Origin: Candidatus Velthaea sp.
GTDB lineage: Bacteria; Vulcanimicrobiota; Vulcanimicrobiia; Vulcanimicrobiales; Vulcanimicrobiaceae
Reading direction: 5' to 3'
Length of the DNA: 14,342 nt
Assembly: GCA_050012475.1 (NCBI GenBank)
Contig: JBEKHC010000116.1
Span: 1 to 14,342 of the forward strand
Shown here: positions 9,360 through 14,342 of the stretch, in pieces
How positions within the stretch are numbered: position 1 is the stretch's first letter
How the letters are laid out: the number at the start of each line of letters is the position of its first letter
Program-made: the position numbers and the translations under genes
Notes under the pieces: model-generated
The model's input: the letters and a program-made list of their open reading frames with translations, nothing else
Database searches by the model: none
Told to the model about the DNA's origin: nothing

Positions 9360-9390
9360 ACGCAGGGCGCGCCCCGAGCGCGCCCCACGT
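9360..9390 (-). other. 13-bp RNA hairpin directly 3' of the peptide gene (stability or attenuation element)
   Basis: Minus strand acgtggggcgcgc-tcggg-gcgcgccctgcgt gives 11 Watson-Crick + 2 G.U pairs. The full pairing works only on the minus (sense) strand. No U-tract. Confidence 0.65.
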
Positions 9391-9399
9391 CGTCGGGAT

Positions 9400-9651
9400 T
9401 TAGCTGTCGAGGAGTTTCGCCGCTTCGCTTGCGCTCGTGGAGAGAATCCCGCTCGAGGCTACTTTGTCGCTCACGACAAAGGTGAGCGGCGAGACGATTC
9501 GGACGTGCCAATCCGGGCGAGCCACGCTCGAGAAGGCAACGGCTGCGGTGTTCGTGTTTACCACGTGAGGAGGTTGCGCCAACGCCGAACCAACGGCGAG
9601 GGCGGCGATCGGCAAAACTGCCGCGACGGTGACCAGTGCTTTGTGCTTCAT
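9400..9651 (-). CDS. Small secreted peptide, putative SdpC-like/RiPP precursor (83 aa)
   Basis: RBS ggag before ATG 9651. Signal peptide MKHKALVTVAAVLPIAALAVGSALA. Mature part is Ser/Thr/Val/Ala-rich with one Trp and no Cys. Immediately upstream of sdpAB-like genes. Confidence 0.75.
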   Translation of the reverse strand: MKHKALVTVAAVLPIAALAVGSALAQPPHVVNTNTAAVAFSSVARPDWHVRIVSPLTFVVSDKVASSGILSTSASEAAKLLDS

Positions 9652-9833
9652 GTTTGCTCCAAGGCGAGAGCCGCTGCGATCGAGCGGCAGTGATGTGGTG
9701 CGAGCGACCGCAACGCGAAGGCAGATCGCGCGTTGCTCGCAATTCCAGCGTAGCGGGCCTGGAGCGCGGCGTCTATTTCTCATTGTCGTTACGATAAGTC
9801 GCAGGACCGTCGCGCCGCCCGTCGTACGCAGGG

Positions 9834-11009
9834 TCACTCGCGCAAGCGGCGCCGGCTGCGCAGACGCCATGCGAGCACGAGGGCGCCGGCAACCACCCCG
9901 CCTGCCGCAAACATCGGCAGATCGTGGGCAACGGCCGCCGGCGGAAGTGCGGCCATCAGGTGCGGCAGCTGTTGGAACACGCTGCGCGCCAATCGCACGC
10001 TGAACCACGTCCAGCTCGCGAGCGCGATGAAACTGTAGACGGTCAGTACCGCGACGGTAAACGGCGGCAACGGCGGTGCCGGCACATGCCCGCACCGGGC
10101 GAAGCGGGACGCCAACCGCCGAAACGTGCGCTCAACGTGCGCGTGCAAGCCGCTGACGCCCAAAACATCGGAGACGATCCAGTATCCGTCGAAGCGAAAG
10201 AGCGGATTGAGGTCCAGCAGCGCGGCAGCGATAATGAACGTAATCGCGCAGTGGAGCGCGGCGGCGTGGGTCTGGACATAGATCGCGGCGTAACACGCGC
10301 CGCAGATGCTCTGAACGTACAAGCCTCCGCAGTCGACGGCGATCCGCCGGCGACGGTCGAGCCGCCAAATGCGCGTCACGTCGCTGTAGAAGACGGGAAA
10401 CACGAGGTACAGTGCGAGCCCAATCGAGCCCGGCCGCACAGCGAAGCGTTTGCAGGCACCGGCGTGCCCGAACTCGTGCGCCAAGCACGAAACGACGAAC
10501 AGCGCGTAACCGGCCGGCACATCGTACCGGCCAAGGCGCCGCGGCGCGACGTGTTGCGTATCGATCCAGTACGCGCCGGCGGCGGCGGCGACGAGCGCGA
10601 TGAGCACCGGCACCGCAACGGGTCCGAACAGCGCCGCGAAAGGCGTCGCGATCCGCCCAGCGAGTTTCGCCGGAAACAGCGTTCGGCGCAGCAGGAAGCC
10701 GTGCTTGCGCGCTCGCGTGCGTTGCTGCTCTTCCGCTCTGTCAATGCCCGCGACGACGCGATCGTAGACCCGGCCGACATCAGTGGCGTTGAGTTGCCGT
10801 TCGTTGTCGCTGCACCGGATCGCTATTTCCTCAAAGCTCGCGCCGTTCCACGCGTCCGCGACGACCCGGTATGCCAGTTCGGACAAGCGCACTTGTACGC
10901 CCGAATCGCAGTCCAGCACGTAGCTGACACGCACGTCGCTACCGTCGAGCACGTGCAACGTCCCGCGCGCGATGCGCGCCGACGCGGGCGGCGATTCGAA
11001 CGTCGTCAC
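9834..11009 (-). CDS. M50-family (YydH-like) membrane zinc metallopeptidase with probable N-terminal PqqD/RRE-like domain
   Basis: HEFGH at 10464-10478, IGLALYLVFPVFYSDVT, VDCGGLY and DLNPLFRFDGYW. The first ~95 aa read as three strands then three helices. GTGA overlap with the upstream gene. Confidence 0.9.
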   Translation of the reverse strand: MTTFESPPASARIARGTLHVLDGSDVRVSYVLDCDSGVQVRLSELAYRVVADAWNGASFEEIAIRCSDNERQLNATDVGRVYDRVVAGIDRAEEQQRTRARKHGFLLRRTLFPAKLAGRIATPFAALFGPVAVPVLIALVAAAAGAYWIDTQHVAPRRLGRYDVPAGYALFVVSCLAHEFGHAGACKRFAVRPGSIGLALYLVFPVFYSDVTRIWRLDRRRRIAVDCGGLYVQSICGACYAAIYVQTHAAALHCAITFIIAAALLDLNPLFRFDGYWIVSDVLGVSGLHAHVERTFRRLASRFARCGHVPAPPLPPFTVAVLTVYSFIALASWTWFSVRLARSVFQQLPHLMAALPPAAVAHDLPMFAAGGVVAGALVLAWRLRSRRRLRE

Positions 11010-11977
11010 ACCGCGACGTCGCCGCGCCGCGGTCCGCGGCGATTCCGGCGCACGATCGCGCTCAAGTCGCGCTGCAATGCGTCAATCACGCGATCCGACT
11101 CTTCGAGCAGCGCGTGCCACGGCAATGGCCGAGCGCGATCGGCTGCGTCGAACGCGAGCGCGAGATTTGCGCGCGCCAGTCCGAGGAACTCGTCGGCATG
11201 GCCGCCATAATAGAGTTCGCGCGCCAGCGCGGCAAGATCGGAAATCGGCTCGGGCGTATCCGGCAAGCCGAGCACCGTGGCGAGTCGAGCGGTTACCAGC
11301 GTTGGGCGATGGGCTTGGAGATCGGCTTTCCAATCCTGGAGATCGTCTAAAATCTGGTGCGCGAGATTGTATTTCTCGAGCGAGAGCAGCAGCGCATCGG
11401 TACGCGAAGCATCGCTGCCGAGCAGGTTGAGCCCCACGATCGCCACGCGCGAAACGCAGCTCTTGGCTGATGCTATCGCGATGCATTCGGCCGTCGTCGC
11501 ATCCGCGAGCCGCCGGCGCCGCGTCGAATAGCTCGCCTCCTTGATCACGCCGCCCAGATACTCGGCAAGCGCGGCTTGAAGCGTCTCCCAGAAGACGCTG
11601 TCGGGCGCGAACGTCCGCCCCAGTTCACGCTGCAATTCGCACTGCGCGCCTTGCCAGCAGAGCAGAAACGACGTTCGTTGCTCGCGCTCGAGTTCTTCAT
11701 CGAAGAGCGCGTCGGCAATCACGATCGTGCCGGCGAGCAGTTCACAACCGGCCAGGAACCGTGCCAGAAGCTCCTGGTCGATATCGCCGAACGCGTCAGC
11801 GAAAAGTAACGGGAAGATCGCGATCGCAGAATCCGGCAGCAAGCCGGAAAAATCAACCTTGCGCGGCCAGCGCCGCTGCATCGCCGCGACGTCGCCGGCC
11901 AGCCGGGCCAACGTCGCGTCCCGATCGGCGGTCGAGAATTTGCGGAAGGTACGCTTGAGTTCAAGGAGGTTGGCCAT
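11006..11977 (-). CDS. Class I isoprenoid-synthase-fold protein (polyprenyl synthetase-like; putative ComQ-like peptide prenyltransferase), 323 aa
   Basis: RBS gagga before ATG 11977. Degenerate first Asp motif IADALFDEE, then AKS, then second motif HQILDDLQDWKADL at about 11330-11356. All-helical character. Confidence 0.8.
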   Translation of the reverse strand: MANLLELKRTFRKFSTADRDATLARLAGDVAAMQRRWPRKVDFSGLLPDSAIAIFPLLFADAFGDIDQELLARFLAGCELLAGTIVIADALFDEELEREQRTSFLLCWQGAQCELQRELGRTFAPDSVFWETLQAALAEYLGGVIKEASYSTRRRRLADATTAECIAIASAKSCVSRVAIVGLNLLGSDASRTDALLLSLEKYNLAHQILDDLQDWKADLQAHRPTLVTARLATVLGLPDTPEPISDLAALARELYYGGHADEFLGLARANLALAFDAADRARPLPWHALLEESDRVIDALQRDLSAIVRRNRRGPRRGDVAV

Positions 11978-12457
11978 GGCTGTCCTCAGTCGAGAGCCGT
12001 CACGGCGTCCTGGGCAATGGACATGACGGTGTTCTCCAAATCGCGATTCGCGGGACACGCAGGCGGAGAGCGCAGGAAGCGCTCATCGCCCGTCGTGATG
12101 TCAGCGACGTGTGGTTATTCGTAGGGCGAGTATCGCACGATCGGGCTGCGGCTTGTTCGCCGCGCCCGTAGTCATCTTAAGGCGCCGCTCGAGTTCGTTC
12201 GTCTCTCAACTGTCATCTCGCTTGTCTTTTCGTCCAGCTCTTCGTCGTTCTTCAGTCACGAAGCTACGGCTTCGCTCCCTCATCACTCCTCGATCTGAAC
12301 GAAAATCCTTCGCGATCTTATGCCACGAACTTCTGAGTCGGGACACTGAGTAAACCTCGGTTCATCGTGATCTCTCGTCAAGCGTAGCCCGAGCGATTCC
12401 GGCGCGCAATCTTTCATTTGTGCTACGAGGAGTCGCAATCGCCGGCGGCCGGGCACG

Positions 12458-13000
12458 TCACGCTCGGATCTGCGTCGAACCAGCTTCGCCTCCGACGATG
12501 ACGCCGCCACTGCGCTGCACGATGAACGCCGTGTACGAGACGCGCATAAGCGACGTGGATGTGCCAAAGACGGCCAGCGACAGTTGGAGAACCCCGGACC
12601 CCGCAGCGGCCGAGTACGACACCGCAGCGGCATCGACAGCGAAGCCGAGCGGCGGAATGAAGACCAAACCGCCGCCCGCCGACGTGCCGGCGATCGGCTG
12701 GACGACGACTAGCTCGACGTCGGGGCCCACCGAGCTGCCCGCGGGCGTCAGCGAATATGGCGTCCAAAACGAAGCCGGAGCCGCCGAGGCGATACCGCTG
12801 ACGAACTCGCCGGCCGTGCACGGGCCGCCGACCGGAAACGACAGCGTGTCGCGCGTCCAATCGTGCGCGTGGGTACCGACGAACGCAAACACCGCGACGC
12901 CGGTCTCGACCGTGACGGTAAGCGCTCCGAGGACGGGTAAGCTCGGCGCGCCGCCGGGAAATTCGATCTGCTGCGACTCTTTGGAGGTCAGGGTGATCAC
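12458..13000 (-). CDS. Hypothetical beta-rich protein (180 aa)
   Basis: Strong RBS gaaaggaa. GTG start overlaps the stop of the cyclase-like gene (GTGA). Rich in Gly/Ala/Val/Ser/Thr. No family recognised. Confidence 0.78.
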   Translation of the reverse strand: MITLTSKESQQIEFPGGAPSLPVLGALTVTVETGVAVFAFVGTHAHDWTRDTLSFPVGGPCTAGEFVSGIASAAPASFWTPYSLTPAGSSVGPDVELVVVQPIAGTSAGGGLVFIPPLGFAVDAAAVSYSAAAGSGVLQLSLAVFGTSTSLMRVSYTAFIVQRSGGVIVGGEAGSTQIRA

Positions 13001-14037
13001 GTGATCGTTTCCTTTCGGTTCGGGCTATGCGCTCCATTGGGTACGTCGTCCGACGATGAACGCTCCCGCATCATCAGGCTCAGCGCGCGCGCGACGGTGG
13101 CCGTCGTAAACAGAAAATAGTCGTCGTCGTGGAGCGGCCCACCCGCTTCGCCCGGCAATTCCCACGGGCGTTCGACATCATCGTACGTCACGCGCAGCAT
13201 GGGCTTGGCGGCCCACCAGCCCTCTGCCGATTGCGTTTCGAGCAGCGCTGCGGCAACGTCGAACACGAACGCCGCAGTCGGGCCGGAACCGAAGCGAGCG
13301 ACGATCTCGAGGGCCAGCGCGCGATCGAACGGATCGCGATCGACTGCCGCGGCAAGGATCGCAAGGGCCGGAGGTATTGCCGGGCGCCCCGCCGCCTCCA
13401 ACGCGGCCAAGTTGTGGAGGGTCGCATAGAGGGGCGTGCGATACCAGTAGGAATTCCACAGCCCGTCGTCCCTGCGCTGGGAGGCGATGAACGCGAGCGC
13501 TTTCTCGCGCGTTGCCGACGGCGCCGCCAGCGCGCGCACGACGAGCGGTGTGACGTCTGGATGACTGCGCGTCCACGCGGACGCAGCGACGGTGTCGGAC
13601 GCGCCGGTGTTGTACGTCGCGAACCCGCCGTCGGAACGCGCAAACGTCTGGAGGATACGGTCGGTCTCGCTTCCCGGAGCGCTTCCCATCGACGTAAGGA
13701 AGAGCGCGGCCCAACTCGTCGAGTCGCTGTCGGAGGGGACCCGCGTATTGTAGCCCCAGCTGCCGTCGGCGCGGCGCGAGGCCTTCAGGAATTGGGCGGC
13801 CCGCTCGAGTGCGCCGCGCAGATAGTGCCGTTCGGGCGCACGCACGATCGGTTCCGTCTCGAACAAACACCAACCGATGTAAGCGGTCGTCCACGTGTCG
13901 GAACGTCCCACGGCGAGATTGAAATCGGGCCAGGCGCCGTTGGGCGCCTGCATCTCGACGATGTAGCGGCTGGCCCGATCGATCGCGCTGCCCAAATCGG
14001 GCAGCAGTGCGCGCCCATCGTGCTGTCGGGCGCGCAC
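12997..14037 (-). CDS. Prenyltransferase/squalene-oxidase-repeat protein; single-domain class II terpene cyclase-like
   Basis: QW-type repeats QAPNGAW, RRADGSWGY, RSDGGFATY, QRRDDGLWNSYW and QSAEGWW. DSDST at 13717-13731 occupies the DxDD position. 346 aa fits one alpha6/alpha6 barrel. Confidence 0.85.
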   Translation of the reverse strand: MRARQHDGRALLPDLGSAIDRASRYIVEMQAPNGAWPDFNLAVGRSDTWTTAYIGWCLFETEPIVRAPERHYLRGALERAAQFLKASRRADGSWGYNTRVPSDSDSTSWAALFLTSMGSAPGSETDRILQTFARSDGGFATYNTGASDTVAASAWTRSHPDVTPLVVRALAAPSATREKALAFIASQRRDDGLWNSYWYRTPLYATLHNLAALEAAGRPAIPPALAILAAAVDRDPFDRALALEIVARFGSGPTAAFVFDVAAALLETQSAEGWWAAKPMLRVTYDDVERPWELPGEAGGPLHDDDYFLFTTATVARALSLMMRERSSSDDVPNGAHSPNRKETIT

Positions 14038-14038
14038 G

Positions 14039-14342
14039 TCAGCGGCACTCCAGCGCAGGCGACGCCGGCGCCGCAGCCGGGGCAGCGCCCTTCACGTGCG
14101 CTCCGTACGCCTCCGCGACCTTCGTTCGGAAGCGTTTGCCGAACGCATCGCAATAGTTTGCGTGCATCGTCGTGCCGTTGGCGGCCTCGGCCAGCACCGC
14201 GCAGCCGCCGCCGCAATACAACGCGAAGCGGCAGCGCCGGCAGGTCGGATTCGAGACGACGGTACGTTGGCGCCAGTTTTGCTCGCGCTCGGCAACGAAC
14301 TGCAGACTGCCGGATGGATCGATCCAACCGATCCGGATGTTC
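14039..14342 (-). CDS. C-terminal part of a radical SAM/SPASM-domain protein (5' end outside window)
   Basis: Frame is open to the window edge: NIRIGWIDPSGSLQFVAEREQNWRQRTVVSNPTCRRCRFALYCGGGCAVLAEAANGTTMHANYC. This is Cx2Cx5Cx3C plus a distal Cys, the SPASM AuxII pattern. Stop is 1 nt before the next start. Confidence 0.88.
   Translation of the reverse strand, partial: NIRIGWIDPSGSLQFVAEREQNWRQRTVVSNPTCRRCRFALYCGGGCAVLAEAANGTTMHANYCDAFGKRFRTKVAEAYGAHVKGAAPAAAPASPALECR

Noticed and set aside
9320..9742. 360-aa version of the SdpA-like ORF
   Set aside because: The Arg/Ser-rich extension overlaps the peptide gene in another frame, and there is a good RBS at ATG 9319.
9652..10095. 231-aa version of the peptide ORF
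   Set aside because: It overlaps the M50 gene, and the signal peptide and RBS define the start at 9651.
9924..11210. 428-aa plus-strand ORF and similar long antisense ORFs (5156-6007, 1221-1862, 8726-9403)
   Set aside because: Shadow ORFs opposite well-supported genes, as expected at high GC.
12283..12417. 44-aa minus-strand ORF MKDCAPESLG... as a precursor
   Set aside because: No convincing RBS and no leader-like features; more likely promoter-containing intergenic DNA.
11006..14037. Ordinary hopanoid/carotenoid or housekeeping polyprenyl synthase locus
   Set aside because: The cyclase is half-length, the synthase lacks the intact first DDxxD/RR motif, there are no hpn/crt neighbours, and the partners are peptide-processing enzymes.

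Overview
High-GC bacterial window. The left half holds an L-lactate permease, a DUF6314-like gene, a secreted hypothetical protein and a divergent regulatory module: a large ATP-binding LuxR-family (LAL) regulator opposite a 52-aa protein and a stand-alone LuxR HTH protein. Two REP-like tandem hairpin arrays lie between genes. The right half (6797 to the window end, all minus strand, mostly translationally coupled) looks like a hybrid peptide/terpene biosynthetic cluster. In transcription order it contains the C-terminus of a radical SAM/SPASM enzyme, a single-domain squalene-hopene-cyclase-like protein, a 180-aa unknown, a 480-bp gap, a class I isoprenoid-synthase-fold (ComQ-like) protein, an M50 peptidase with a likely RRE-type N-terminus, an 83-aa secreted peptide with a single Trp, an SdpA/DUF5819 + SdpB/HTTM pair, a DCC1-like oxidoreductase and a small secreted protein. 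The best candidate for an undescribed system is a RiPP pathway combining prenylation and isoprenoid cyclisation with Sdp-type and radical SAM maturation. All family calls come from motif recognition by eye; no searches were run, and the cluster continues beyond the right edge.
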